Below, in pieces: positions 49,212 to 59,426 of a stretch of DNA of 64,000 bases. Below the pieces are notes generated by a model. The model was given only the letters and a program-made list of their open reading frames with translations, did not search any database and was not told the DNA's origin. Source of the stretch: Acidobacteriota bacterium (GTDB taxonomy: Bacteria > Acidobacteriota > UBA6911 > RPQK01 > JAJDTT01). The DNA lies in NCBI GenBank assembly GCA_965263035.1, contig OZ253580.1:5088001-5152000 (forward strand), in the 5' to 3' direction. The translations under genes were made by a program, and so were the position numbers. Numbering within the stretch: position 1 is the first letter of the stretch; every line of letters starts with the position of its first letter.

Positions 49212-50174
49212 ATGAGCATAAACCTAGCAGAATCAAGACTTTCCATTGTCCCAAAGATGGAACAGGATGCTACGCTATCCAAGCTTCTGTCTCAATCCCA
49301 CAGCATTAACACGCTCAAGGCATATAATGGACAGGTGAACGTTGCCAAGCGCCGGGGACTTGATACTGACAACCTCACAGACTATTCCATCGCTCGATAT
49401 GTCGCCCTCATGATGGACAAGGGGACCGCCTATGCCAGCGCCTACAATGCCGTGAAAAGCTTGAACTGGTATTGGAGAGAAACCCATGGGCGCAAGGCTA
49501 CTGGCCCCATGACGAAAAAAGCCCTCGAAGGATTCCACCGAGACCATGAAGCGCAGAAGCGAGGCTACGGCCAAGTGGACGGGATCACCTGGAAAATGGC
49601 CGATCAGGTCTGTTCTAGGCTGGATCAACTCCGGACCCTGACCGCCCTTCGAGATTCCATGATCTTCGGCATTATGTCGGATGCCCTTCTCAGAGCTTCC
49701 GAGATGGTCAACGTGAGAGTAGAAGATATCGTGAGAGATCCATCCGGTTCCGGACTGGTAATCATCCGCCGATCTAAAACAGACCAGTACGCCGAAGGGG
49801 ACACCCGATATCTCAGGGCCGAGACTCTGAAACGGATAGACACCTTCCTGGATAGAGTCGGCATCACGTCAGGTCATATCGCCGTCAGGTTCCATTCCAA
49901 CCGGTACACCCGAGCAGTCATGGTAAAGTCTCAGAAGCCACTCAAGACACCTGGAATCCGCCAACTCACCGTCCGAAGGTTGACTCAAGCTGGATACCAT
50001 GGCCGGTTCGGTTCGCACTCGTTCCGAGTAGGGTCCGCTCAGGAACTCGCCCGCAATGGTGCCGGAGATATTGACATCATGAGAGCAGGTGGATGGAAGA
50101 GAGCCGACACCGCCGCGAGATACACAAGGAACGTTGAGGCTGGTAGATCCGCAATGGCGAGACTCAGGGGATAG
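49212..50174 (+). CDS. Cre-like tyrosine recombinase (apparently intact)
   Basis: GGAGG RBS; SINTLKAY, LLRASE, RSKTDQ, SHSFRVG, GGW, ARY. Confidence 0.92.
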   Translation: MSINLAESRLSIVPKMEQDATLSKLLSQSHSINTLKAYNGQVNVAKRRGLDTDNLTDYSIARYVALMMDKGTAYASAYNAVKSLNWYWRETHGRKATGPMTKKALEGFHRDHEAQKRGYGQVDGITWKMADQVCSRLDQLRTLTALRDSMIFGIMSDALLRASEMVNVRVEDIVRDPSGSGLVIIRRSKTDQYAEGDTRYLRAETLKRIDTFLDRVGITSGHIAVRFHSNRYTRAVMVKSQKPLKTPGIRQLTVRRLTQAGYHGRFGSHSFRVGSAQELARNGAGDIDIMRAGGWKRADTAARYTRNVEAGRSAMARLRG

Positions 50175-50181
50175 GAGAAAA

Positions 50182-50694
50182 TCAAGCCCCTGTAGGCCAC
50201 TTAGTACTCACGTAACGATATGACCTAGCGCGTTTTAGATTGCCCACCCTTGCCCACGCTTCGAAGAAGGGCAGAACGCGCCACCACTGTTCCAAGTCAT
50301 TTAACTTGGGATATTGAATCCCGAGTCTGTCCAGCTTATGTGTGACCGTCAACAGTGTCGTCCTCAAATCAGGAGAAATCCGAGGCTTTTGTGGATCGTT
50401 AGAAACTTCGAGCGTGTACTCAACTCCATTCCTCAGATGGTGGATGTCGTCCTCTAGAGCACGAAACTTGTTCTTAGGTCTCCACAAACGGACAGCGTCC
50501 CAACAGAAATTGATGGGAAGCACAATTGAAAACACCACCGCTATACAGGCCAGTAACAGGAAGAAAGGCGGGTGGATTTCTAAGTTTCCTAGCACCTTCC
50601 TCGGACCACTGTGAAGGGTCGAAACAAACATCCAGATTGCCCATATATCGATTCCCATAAAACTAGCAATCGTGGCAATTCTTCGAATCCGCAC
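50182..50694 (-). CDS. Hypothetical membrane cargo protein (2 TM)
   Basis: 170-aa ORF with two hydrophobic segments. Confidence 0.55.
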   Translation of the reverse strand: MRIRRIATIASFMGIDIWAIWMFVSTLHSGPRKVLGNLEIHPPFFLLLACIAVVFSIVLPINFCWDAVRLWRPKNKFRALEDDIHHLRNGVEYTLEVSNDPQKPRISPDLRTTLLTVTHKLDRLGIQYPKLNDLEQWWRVLPFFEAWARVGNLKRARSYRYVSTKWPTGA

Positions 50695-50844
50695 CCAAGC
50701 ACTCTACACCCTATCCCGTATTTGCGTCGAGTGAACAATCACCCATGAACCGGCCCGGCCCATGCTCTGGTACTCGTGAATCAGGGGAGCCAAGAGAGAG
50801 CCTGTCAGAGCCCCTAGAATCGACGTTCTACCGGGAGACGGCCC

Positions 50845-51927
50845 CTAGCCTCCCTCCATATCAAATCCGCAGATCCTCGCCGCCTGTTCCGCCGTCAGGT
50901 TTCCGTCAGTTCCCGTCATCGAACTGAAAGCCCTCGCCCGGCCTTGTAGGTCGCTGGCAAAAAGCCCGGCAAATCCAAGACTGATTTTCGTATCCAGCTT
51001 GGTAGACAACTCAGATTCGATGATCCGAGAACACGGCTTTAGACTTCCATGAAGAAATCTGCGCCAGCTTTCTCGCTGGGACGATCCCTCCGCTGACGCA
51101 TCCGCCAGCGCTGGCGGTATGCCGTTAGCTGCTAGGATCACTCGGCCCACGTCGCTCCATAAATCTACGTTTCCTTGCGGAATTTTGGCTCCCAATCTCT
51201 GCGGCACCCAGTCTCTTTGCGGAGCACTTCCGCGCCCTTCCGACCATCCGCCGGAAGTCGTCTCAACTAGGCTAATGCCGCCGCTCAAAGCTGCTAGGTC
51301 TGTTCTAAGCTGTTTCAATGGGTCCGAGTCTGTACCGTCTCCGCCATCGCTAGGAATCGGCAGAACGTAGCCAACTGGTCCGGATGTTTCTTCCCCTAGT
51401 CTCGTTTCCAGGTTCGCCCCGAGACTGCCCGTAGAACAGGCAAACGAAAGGGGAGAGATCCCTTTCCAGGGGGAGGACGGATGGACCGCAAACCGCACAT
51501 GGACGACTGAGGATGCCGGATAGGTTCGGGAAGTGGTAGAGCTAGGGCCGGGAAGATCAACTCTGTAGATCCAGGATTCCGGATCATAGGAACCTTCCAC
51601 TTGCCAGCCGGACCCCTCGATTAACCTAACCTGTCCACTCGGCTTGATCTCAATTACAAATAGAACCTCGCCGCGCCGGACCATTCCCCGGCCCATAGAC
51701 GCCAGCACAGCGGGAGACAGTGCCGCAGTGACCGGAGACCCTACCGGAGAAATATCAGCACTTGCCAGACCCCGAGACCATACGCCCGCCGCCACTTCCA
51801 AAGCGCCCAGGCCGTCAGGGTCCGGAGTTATTCCCGTCGCCCTGTCTTGAATCGCCTTAACAATGGCATCCGTATAGGTTTCACTAGAACGAGTTTCGAG
51901 ACCTACAATCCGCCGCCAGTTGAACAT
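50845..51927 (-). CDS. Phage portal protein (E2)
   Basis: GLETRS, RRGEV, VVHVR..PWKGISPL, ILAANGIPP, IESELSTKL, RARAF. Confidence 0.82.
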   Translation of the reverse strand: MFNWRRIVGLETRSSETYTDAIVKAIQDRATGITPDPDGLGALEVAAGVWSRGLASADISPVGSPVTAALSPAVLASMGRGMVRRGEVLFVIEIKPSGQVRLIEGSGWQVEGSYDPESWIYRVDLPGPSSTTSRTYPASSVVHVRFAVHPSSPWKGISPLSFACSTGSLGANLETRLGEETSGPVGYVLPIPSDGGDGTDSDPLKQLRTDLAALSGGISLVETTSGGWSEGRGSAPQRDWVPQRLGAKIPQGNVDLWSDVGRVILAANGIPPALADASAEGSSQRESWRRFLHGSLKPCSRIIESELSTKLDTKISLGFAGLFASDLQGRARAFSSMTGTDGNLTAEQAARICGFDMEGG

Positions 51928-52292
51928 CACGCAATTACCCCGGCCCTTCTGACCTTCCACGGATTCAGAAGTGATCCCGCTCCCGAGTATTTCAACGCGC
52001 CCAGTTCATCCCGGAAGCGTCTTGAGGATATTTCCGTATTTGCCGTCTTGATCGTTTTTCCCCTGGACGCATCCGCCAGCCATGAAACGATCCTCAAAAC
52101 CGATTCGTCTTTGATAGGGTCCGGAGCTAGGCTTGCATATCGCTCTACCAGTTCCGCCGCTACCGGACCGAACCGAAGCGCCCGAGACTGCCCGGACGAT
52201 CCCGAATCGTTAAAGGCTGACGTGGCAATCCGCATAACTGCGGCATCCTGATCTAGAATATCAACCGGCCAAGGTGCGAGATTCACAGCCAA
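51927..52292 (-). CDS. Putative head-tail connector
   Basis: AAELVERYA..APDPIKDESVLRI..SGAGSLLNPW; position between protease and portal. Confidence 0.65.
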   Translation of the reverse strand: MAVNLAPWPVDILDQDAAVMRIATSAFNDSGSSGQSRALRFGPVAAELVERYASLAPDPIKDESVLRIVSWLADASRGKTIKTANTEISSRRFRDELGALKYSGAGSLLNPWKVRRAGVIA

Positions 52293-52735
52293 ATTCTACG
52301 CCTCCCTTGCCGGTTCCTCAGTTCCGCCTTTCCCTGAGAATATTCCGGAGCCTTCACAATCGCGACCGCTTCCAAGAACGCGGAATTGATCTCCCGGACG
52401 CCGGAGCCGTTGCGCTTCTCTTTCAGGCTGTAGAATTCGATGCTGGCACCCCGGACCCCAGCCGCTAGAGCCTGGATTATCTCGGAAGTGGGATTTTCAG
52501 AACTGACTTGGATTCTGCCGTCCGGTAGTCGTACCGGCATCGACCTTAATTCTTCACGGTTTCCGTGACCTAGCCTGATAGCGATACCATCAGATCCCCA
52601 TTGCATCGAGCCGGGAGCAAACAATTCTTTTAATCCGCTTGCTATTCTTCCCTCTTGTAGCGCCGTCACTATCAACTTGGATTTTCCCGAATCTTCCCGA
52701 ATCTCACAATTTCCAGCTACTTGTAATTCTCTCAA
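52283..52735 (-). CDS. HK97-family prohead protease (E2)
   Basis: QEGR, ELFAPGS, RLGHG, GASIEF, GVREI; clear homolog of 16595-17050. Confidence 0.8.
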   Translation of the reverse strand: MRELQVAGNCEIREDSGKSKLIVTALQEGRIASGLKELFAPGSMQWGSDGIAIRLGHGNREELRSMPVRLPDGRIQVSSENPTSEIIQALAAGVRGASIEFYSLKEKRNGSGVREINSAFLEAVAIVKAPEYSQGKAELRNRQGRRRIWL

Positions 52736-53181
52736 CTTGATCTCCCATACCAGCGCCGAAGCGCTTTAGCGCACTCGGGAGACAATTCTCCCGAAGAATC
52801 CGCCAGCCGAGACGCCGCTACCGCTTCCCCTGGATCTACCGTTACAATCCGCCCTAAAGTGCCAGAGCCGCCAGCCGAGATGATCCGTTCCCGGATACGC
52901 TCAACGGCAAGTGGAGAGCTAGAGCTAGTCGTCGCCCAGCCGTTGAGACCCACACTTGCCGCGAATCTTATAGCAGTCGATTTCAAGTAAAGCGCCATTC
53001 TCAAACCGGGATCGGTAGCAAGCCGGATCGGATATCGTTTCGTAACAGGGTCCCTTTCTATTCCGAGAATCGACGACCAGATAGCCGTAACATCAAAGAG
53101 ATGGTCATCGCTGGACCTGTTCTCTTCGTACCATTTCGATTTACCGGCACCAGCCGGTCCCCTGATTATTCCTATCGGCAT
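52732..53181 (-). CDS. Small P-loop NTPase/kinase-like protein
   Basis: IIRGPAGAGKS; VDPGE..RL. Confidence 0.7.
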   Translation of the reverse strand: MPIGIIRGPAGAGKSKWYEENRSSDDHLFDVTAIWSSILGIERDPVTKRYPIRLATDPGLRMALYLKSTAIRFAASVGLNGWATTSSSSPLAVERIRERIISAGGSGTLGRIVTVDPGEAVAASRLADSSGELSPECAKALRRWYGRSS

Positions 53182-54443
53182 TAGACAAGTTTGAACGCCC
53201 GGAGATCAAAAGAATCTTCTCTAATCACTTTGAAATTCCAGAGACTAATTATCGTCAAAGCAACTTGACCGGATGCCGCCGCCGTATACGGATCTCGAAC
53301 GATCTCCACACCTTCCCAGATCGGAGCCACAGCGCCGGTAGCTAGTCGTCTCGTAACAATCGCCGTAGAAACATCCTTATCGGGTCCGGTTGTAGGAGCA
53401 ACCGGAAGATTTCCAGAAACACGAACGCTGGAAAGATCGGCCAAGTATTCCAGAGCCGTTCTAGTCACTCCCGCTGTCATGGTCTTTGTACTCAATTCTG
53501 GATAAAGATCGGAAGGGACCAACAGCCCCACGTCTGCCGCAGTTGCCGCATATTTTCCGTCCACCGCCCCAGTGACGGATTTCACGGCATCCGCCCACGT
53601 AAAAACATCGCTAGGAGTCGTCGGAGCCGTGATCGTTGTAAGGATTCCGGAGACATTAGGTGCCGTTCCGTTTCCCGTAATGGATTGAAGATCAATTGCA
53701 TCAGATACAGTGCTTGATAAGTCTGCCCTCAGAGTATCGTCCATCCCGTCCAACTGCGCCGAATCCTCCACAGAGAACAGATACCGCGCCGTGATCCTGG
53801 TAGGCGTCAGCACTGAGCTACTGAACGTCGCCGCTACCGCATTCTGAGCCACGCCCCGAGTCTTATTCTCTGCCGTAGCACCGGCAGTCAGAAGCGGATA
53901 TGCCGTGGTCCCAGTTGGGACCGTCGGCATGGAAACTCCGAGAAACTGCGCCGCAGAAGCGGCAAAGACTCTCCGGATTATTTGAGTCTGCCGATTCGGG
54001 AAATTTAAAGCCCCTAGAGCCGTCGCCACGTCTGACCGCTTCTCAGGTTCAAGCGCTTCCGGACCCGCCAGAGCAGCCCAGGGGAAGCGCCCAGGGGCTG
54101 CTTTCTCGCCTAACATGGCCGTCCGTAATTCAGACTCGGGAGAAGATTCGGCAAGCGGATTCTGTCCCCATGCTTCCAGCACGTAGCTAGAGAGTTTCGC
54201 TTTCCGAATGAGAGACCGAATTTCCGCTCCCTCGCCGTCTTCTCTATCAACCGGCGGGATAGCCTCATTCTCCGCGATGATGGCCGCTCTATGCCTAGCT
54301 TCAAGATCGGAAAACTCTTTCCGCAGGGTCTCGCCCTCAGATCTAATATCCTCAGTAAAGTCTGCCCCGGATAATCCAGCTATGGAATTCAGTCTTTCGC
54401 GCACCTCAGAAATTCGCAGTGTTATTTTCTGGCTTGTAGTCAT
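53181..54443 (-). CDS. HK97-fold major capsid protein (E2)
   Basis: Coiled-coil N-terminus, FLGVSMP, LTPTR, GNGTAPN..GI, VRDPYTAAASGQV. Confidence 0.88.
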   Translation of the reverse strand: MTTSQKITLRISEVRERLNSIAGLSGADFTEDIRSEGETLRKEFSDLEARHRAAIIAENEAIPPVDREDGEGAEIRSLIRKAKLSSYVLEAWGQNPLAESSPESELRTAMLGEKAAPGRFPWAALAGPEALEPEKRSDVATALGALNFPNRQTQIIRRVFAASAAQFLGVSMPTVPTGTTAYPLLTAGATAENKTRGVAQNAVAATFSSSVLTPTRITARYLFSVEDSAQLDGMDDTLRADLSSTVSDAIDLQSITGNGTAPNVSGILTTITAPTTPSDVFTWADAVKSVTGAVDGKYAATAADVGLLVPSDLYPELSTKTMTAGVTRTALEYLADLSSVRVSGNLPVAPTTGPDKDVSTAIVTRRLATGAVAPIWEGVEIVRDPYTAAASGQVALTIISLWNFKVIREDSFDLRAFKLV

Positions 54444-54459
54444 TTTTTATCACCTTTAG

Positions 54460-54765
54460 TTATAAATAGTTATCAGTTATGCTTATTCTAGTCGTTTTAT
54501 TTGAAAGTGTCGTTAAATACTCTCGCCATTCTACACTATCGGGGCTGATACGTGTATTATTTTCCTTGCGAGTTTTGGAAATATGACAGGGTACACATAA
54601 AGACTGGATATTGGATCTCCCATACAGAGAACCGCCAGCATTTCTAGGCTTGATATGATCCGCTTCCAGCTTCCCGCGTTTCCCGCAGCGCTGGCACTTA
54701 AAGCCCGCTTCCCGTAAGACTCGCCAGCGCAGCCGCTCCCACCTTCTGCCCTTCAATCCGCTCAT
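54460..54765 (-). CDS. HNH endonuclease (E2)
   Basis: RWERLR..CQRCG..LEADHI.P..GG..NIQSLCVPCH..KT. Confidence 0.9.
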   Translation of the reverse strand: MSGLKGRRWERLRWRVLREAGFKCQRCGKRGKLEADHIKPRNAGGSLYGRSNIQSLCVPCHISKTRKENNTRISPDSVEWREYLTTLSNKTTRISITDNYL

Positions 54766-56864
54766 GCCGCCCGTACCACTCCGCCATTCCGCCATGATCC
54801 GCCAGAATTCTTTATCCTCATGGTCTCGGCCAATCCAGCCGCAATAACTGCCGCTGAGAGACTGTCTATCCTCGATAATCCGGACCTTTTATCTAATGCC
54901 GGATTTCCGGCACCGTCATAGCGGAGACGGGAGCCAGCTACCGCACTCGACAGCATCATCGAATCGCCGTGAAATAGTTTCTTTTCCATCACGAACCGCT
55001 GGAATGCTCGAACGTCATGGGAGCCATCCGCTGTAGCACTCGCCCCGGTTCCGCGCCAGACAACCGGAGACCGGGAGCCAGCATCCGCTAGAGCCTGTTC
55101 CGTCTCTGCCCGCCGGTATCTATCCGCCCCGATCACTAGCACTCGTTCGCCAGCCAGTTTCGATAGGACAGACTGCAAAAAGACTCCGACCCGGACCATA
55201 CGCCCCTGATGGAGATTCAATTCTCCAGACTTCCTCATTAGGTCATATCGGATGCCGTCTCGACGTTGCCGAGCTTCGATCCCGGGCATCGACGGAAAAG
55301 CCCCAAAAACTTCGATCCGACCAGTTCCAGGCCATAAGGCTGTTGCGGCAGTCATAGAAGCGGACCCGCCTAGATCAATGCCCAAAACACATTTCCCGTC
55401 TCTTTCCGGTTGCGGACCGCTGCAACGCTTCCAGTCTGAAGGGGAAACGATCCTTTCCACGGATGGCGACCCCGGCAGATTCAAGTCTTGAGACCTAAAG
55501 AAAATTTCATCAGATGGAGTCGATTTAGCCCGCCTGGATTCATGCTCCATATACGCCGTGGCTTTGATGGTCCCTAGACCTGGATTAGCGTTTTCCCACT
55601 CAATTCGGTTCAGTAGGTCGCAATCCTTACTAGATGCCTGGAACAGATGCGCGACAACGCCAGCGGCTTCCCGCCTTTTCATAATTTCGGGAATGTAGGG
55701 ACCGCTCCCCCATATGGACAACGCTATAAATTTCCCGTTTTTCGCCGATACCGCAGCCCTCATGCTGGCGACTAGTTCCCGATCTCGTTCGGATAGCAAG
55801 CCCAGTTCGTCAACAATCGCTAGATCCAAGCTGGCGGAATGCCCGCCCATGCCCGAGTCACCAGCCAAAATCTCAACCTGACCATGCTTACTAACAATCT
55901 TTCCAGGCCATGGACTTCTCTTAAACAATAATGTTCTGGATAGTCCACTTGCTCCCGCTATTTGCTCAATTTGTTTCGTTAGTTCCCTCGCTTTAGCCTT
56001 GTTAACACTGCAAATTCCAGCCCGCCACCCACCTTTAACGTTTCTTAATGGCCCTACCAAGTGACCTAGGCAGAATACGGCAACTATTGCGGATTTAGCA
56101 TTCTTTCTAGCGAGACAGAGCAGCGCTTCTCTTGTCGATGGCTTTAAGCAATCACCTAGAAAATTGCGTCCAAAAGGTGGCAAAGCCATAGGCAGACCCT
56201 CTTTAGGATGCCCAGGGGGAACTATTAATGTCTCTTCTGCCCATGCTGACAACCGTTCTATCTTGGATTTCTTCCGTTTAACACTGCTACTCGGCCCTTT
56301 TCCCGGTATAACGTTGTTTTTCCGGTTGATTTTCCTCCAGGCACGAGCATTACACGCCCTAGTAGCATACTTTTTAGGTTTTTTGGTATTCTGTATCAAT
56401 TCAACGCCGCAGCCACAAGCACAGTATTTAAGTCTATTCCCTACTAGGCCAAGTCGCTTATTAGTAAGAAAAGCCTGAATTCTGCAATTATCGGTAGCGT
56501 ATAGAGTAGGTATCCCGTGGAGTTTATGTATCCGAGCTGGACGACCGCACCCGCAAGCGCAGTCCGGACCAGGATTCGGCTTTTCGTAAACCGTTTGATA
56601 TGATGCCCGATGCCGACAATTTTTTGAAGCGAATCCAGTCCATTTCCTCAGTGACTTCTCAGAGCGTGAAACCGGTTCACCACAACCGCCCCGGCAACGT
56701 GGTCTAGTCTCTGGTCTCAGTGAGTCTAGGCCACCCCTCGATCCCCCCGGTTCGGATGGATTCGGAACAGGGTCCCGGACCATTTTTTGATCCATATTCT
56801 CGTATGTACAAATTTTTGGATCATCCCCTTTGACCATCTTCGATCGAGAACCGACAAGCATCAA
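54762..56864 (-). CDS. Terminase large subunit with three N-terminal zinc-finger-like repeats
   Basis: ARKNAKS, IVDELG, WENANPGL, GIDLG, DRYR, RID; three C-x-[CG]-G-C-G...A[ST]xxC repeats. Confidence 0.88.
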   Translation of the reverse strand: MMLVGSRSKMVKGDDPKICTYENMDQKMVRDPVPNPSEPGGSRGGLDSLRPETRPRCRGGCGEPVSRSEKSLRKWTGFASKNCRHRASYQTVYEKPNPGPDCACGCGRPARIHKLHGIPTLYATDNCRIQAFLTNKRLGLVGNRLKYCACGCGVELIQNTKKPKKYATRACNARAWRKINRKNNVIPGKGPSSSVKRKKSKIERLSAWAEETLIVPPGHPKEGLPMALPPFGRNFLGDCLKPSTREALLCLARKNAKSAIVAVFCLGHLVGPLRNVKGGWRAGICSVNKAKARELTKQIEQIAGASGLSRTLLFKRSPWPGKIVSKHGQVEILAGDSGMGGHSASLDLAIVDELGLLSERDRELVASMRAAVSAKNGKFIALSIWGSGPYIPEIMKRREAAGVVAHLFQASSKDCDLLNRIEWENANPGLGTIKATAYMEHESRRAKSTPSDEIFFRSQDLNLPGSPSVERIVSPSDWKRCSGPQPERDGKCVLGIDLGGSASMTAATALWPGTGRIEVFGAFPSMPGIEARQRRDGIRYDLMRKSGELNLHQGRMVRVGVFLQSVLSKLAGERVLVIGADRYRRAETEQALADAGSRSPVVWRGTGASATADGSHDVRAFQRFVMEKKLFHGDSMMLSSAVAGSRLRYDGAGNPALDKRSGLSRIDSLSAAVIAAGLAETMRIKNSGGSWRNGGVVRAA

Positions 56865-57301
56865 CGACCACTCCCGCCACGTCTCTCGAAATTTCCACGA
56901 CGTAGCCTATCCGTCACCACTCGCACCGTTCCAGCTACCGCCCTTTGGACAAAAGCGGCAGGGACACCAAGCCGAGCCGATCCTGATGCGTTTAATTTCT
57001 CGATATGCCGCAGCCCATTAGAAACGTAGGTTTTTCCTCGTTCCAACTTGTAGCCAGTAAGGATAGCCCCGGAGGACGTTAGCCTATTCTCCCGAGCCTC
57101 CCGCAGCCCTCGAACTGTCCCATCCCCTTGCCCGCCCATCGACGGATTCCAGTTACTTGCCGTCCACGTCGATTCTTTAGGGCATTTATTATAAAGCTGG
57201 CGTGACGCTTCAAGTGTGGCGTTTACTACAGTGTTTTCGACAATTCGCCTAATCTCTTTGCGGATTGCCTGGATTTGAGCCTTTTCGCTTGCCGTGGGCA
57301 T
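56861..57301 (-). CDS. HK97 gp10-like neck/tail-completion protein
   Basis: CPKESTWTASNW..YVSNGLRHIEKLN..GS..PAAFV pattern. Confidence 0.6.
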   Translation of the reverse strand: MPTASEKAQIQAIRKEIRRIVENTVVNATLEASRQLYNKCPKESTWTASNWNPSMGGQGDGTVRGLREARENRLTSSGAILTGYKLERGKTYVSNGLRHIEKLNASGSARLGVPAAFVQRAVAGTVRVVTDRLRRGNFERRGGSGR

Positions 57302-57352
57302 ATTTTGACTCTTGGAAACGGAACAGTTACAGGGGAATGGTCATTGACCTAG

Positions 57353-59117
57353 CCCGGATATCTCATCAGAAAGATTGATAAAGGCCGCGTTTTCTGCTAT
57401 AAGTGTTGTGTAATCAATAACTTACAAAGCAGAAGGGACGCGACCTTATGACCGCAGAGTGTACCAGAATAAAGCTCAGATTTCAGGGCCTGGACGGACG
57501 GGATGTCGTGGGCCGGTTCGACGGCGGCGAGATCACCTCCGACGCCGGTGGCGTGCTCCTGCGCGAAGTGGAGCAGCGGACCCGGATTCTGGGTCGTCTG
57601 AGCGAATGCTTCACCGACTATCGAGACTCGGATCGAGTCGAACACCCGGTGGAGGCGTTGATCAAACAGCGGGTGCTGGGGCTGTGCCTGGGCTACGAGG
57701 ACCTCAACGACCACGACGAGTTGTGCCGGGACCGGCTCTTGGCGCTGTTGTGTGATCGAGATGATCTGACGGGGGAGTTCCGGCGCGTGGAGTCGGATCG
57801 AGGCAAGCCGCTGGCAGGCAAGAGCACCCTGAACCGACTGGAGCGGACTCCGTTGGAGGGACCGGAGGGCGCGTACAAGAAGATCGTGGCCGACCCGGCG
57901 GGGATGGACGAGCTGCTGCTGGAGGTGTTTGTGGAAGCGCATCCGGAGCCCCCGGAGGAGGTGATCCTGGATGTAGACGCCACGGACGATCCGCTGCATG
58001 GGAAGCAGGAGGGACGGTTCTTCCACGGCTATTACAAACGCTACTGCTACCTGCCGCTGTACGTCTTCTGTGGGGAACACCTGTTGCGTGCGCGGCTGCG
58101 CACGGCGGATCGAGGCGCGGCCCACGGGGTGGTGGCGGAGTTGGAACCAATCGTGAGGCGGCTGCGTGAAGCGTGGCCCCAGGTGCGGATCACGGTTCGA
58201 GGGGACAGTGCCTTCTCCAACGACGAGTTGATGGTCTGGTGCGAGAAGGAAGGGATCGATTACGTCCTGGGGTTGGCGCAGAACGATCGGCTGAAGCGGA
58301 GGATCGCGACCCGGATGGAGACCGTCCGGCAGTTGCAGCGGGCGATCGGGAAGGCCGTGAGGCAGTTCCAGGAACTGCGCTATCAGACGCACAAGAGTTG
58401 GTCGTGCGAGCGCCGGGTGGTGGCGAAGGTGGAGCACCTGCCCCGGGGAAAGAACCCGCGATTCATCGTGACTTCGGTCCCGGTCCAGGAATGCGATGGG
58501 CGAAGATTGTACGAGGAGGTCTACTGCGCGCGGGGAGACATGGAGAATCGGATAAAGGAACAGCAGATGGGTCTGTTTGCGGACCGCACGTCGACCCGGA
58601 AGCTGGCGGGGAATCAACTGCGGTTGTATTTCTCGGCATTCGCCTACGTGATGATGGAGACGTTGCGACGGGTGGGGCTGGCGGGGACGAAGCTGGCGCG
58701 GGCGCAGAGCTGGACCCTGCGGGTGAGATTGCTGAAGATCGGGGCACAGGTCCGGATCACCAGCCGCAAGGTCTGGTTGTCCTTTTCCGAGAGCTATCCG
58801 TATGCGGCGCTGTTGAGGACGGCTCTGACGCAAGTGCAAGCCCTCCCGCTTCGCTGTTAGCAACGGATGGAAAGAACTCTTTGGACGATGGCGACTTGGG
58901 AGTCCCCAGGATGGACTGCGCCCCGGAGTGGGCACCGGGTCGAGAGTCGTCGCTCAGAAGCGCAGGATGGGCGTCAAAAGGCTCTGGAGAAGCGCTGCAT
59001 CTGGCCGTTGGTCGGCACGTTCGAGCACGAAAACTGCCTCTTGAACTCGTATGGATAAAGAATCACCCAGACGACGGTTCAACTTCCGTTTATTGTTCTA
59101 CTGATGAGAAATGCAGG
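57353..59117 (+). mobile_element. IS1380-family element inserted into E2
   Basis: Terminal inverted repeats CCCGGATATCTCATCAG / CTGATGAGAAATGCAGG (14/17); CTAG on both flanks. Confidence 0.92.
57448..58860 (+). CDS. IS1380-family transposase
   Basis: FDGGEITSDAG, GYEDLNDH, LDVDATDDPLHG, RGDSAF, YCARGDMENRIKE. Confidence 0.95.
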   Translation: MTAECTRIKLRFQGLDGRDVVGRFDGGEITSDAGGVLLREVEQRTRILGRLSECFTDYRDSDRVEHPVEALIKQRVLGLCLGYEDLNDHDELCRDRLLALLCDRDDLTGEFRRVESDRGKPLAGKSTLNRLERTPLEGPEGAYKKIVADPAGMDELLLEVFVEAHPEPPEEVILDVDATDDPLHGKQEGRFFHGYYKRYCYLPLYVFCGEHLLRARLRTADRGAAHGVVAELEPIVRRLREAWPQVRITVRGDSAFSNDELMVWCEKEGIDYVLGLAQNDRLKRRIATRMETVRQLQRAIGKAVRQFQELRYQTHKSWSCERRVVAKVEHLPRGKNPRFIVTSVPVQECDGRRLYEEVYCARGDMENRIKEQQMGLFADRTSTRKLAGNQLRLYFSAFAYVMMETLRRVGLAGTKLARAQSWTLRVRLLKIGAQVRITSRKVWLSFSESYPYAALLRTALTQVQALPLRC

Positions 59118-59426
59118 CTAGGGGAAAAGGCTCCATTCCCCTGCAACAAGGAGATATCAAAGACAGTATAGCAAAAAGATATGACTATTTATTGGGAATA
59201 TAGCCTCGAAGCCATAGTAAACAATGAAGGTAGGCTATTCACTACTGACAGTATCACTAAGGACACTCCAAATTAAGGCTCCGAGACTATAGGGTGATGA
59301 ATCCAACTGCATTATCTCATAAAAGGTATGACTAAAAATCTTTCCAGACCAAAGAGAATAGATAAAGCGTCAGCTTATAAACGATATGCCACAACGCCAA
59401 GAATATCAGCACGAGTACAAGCAACG

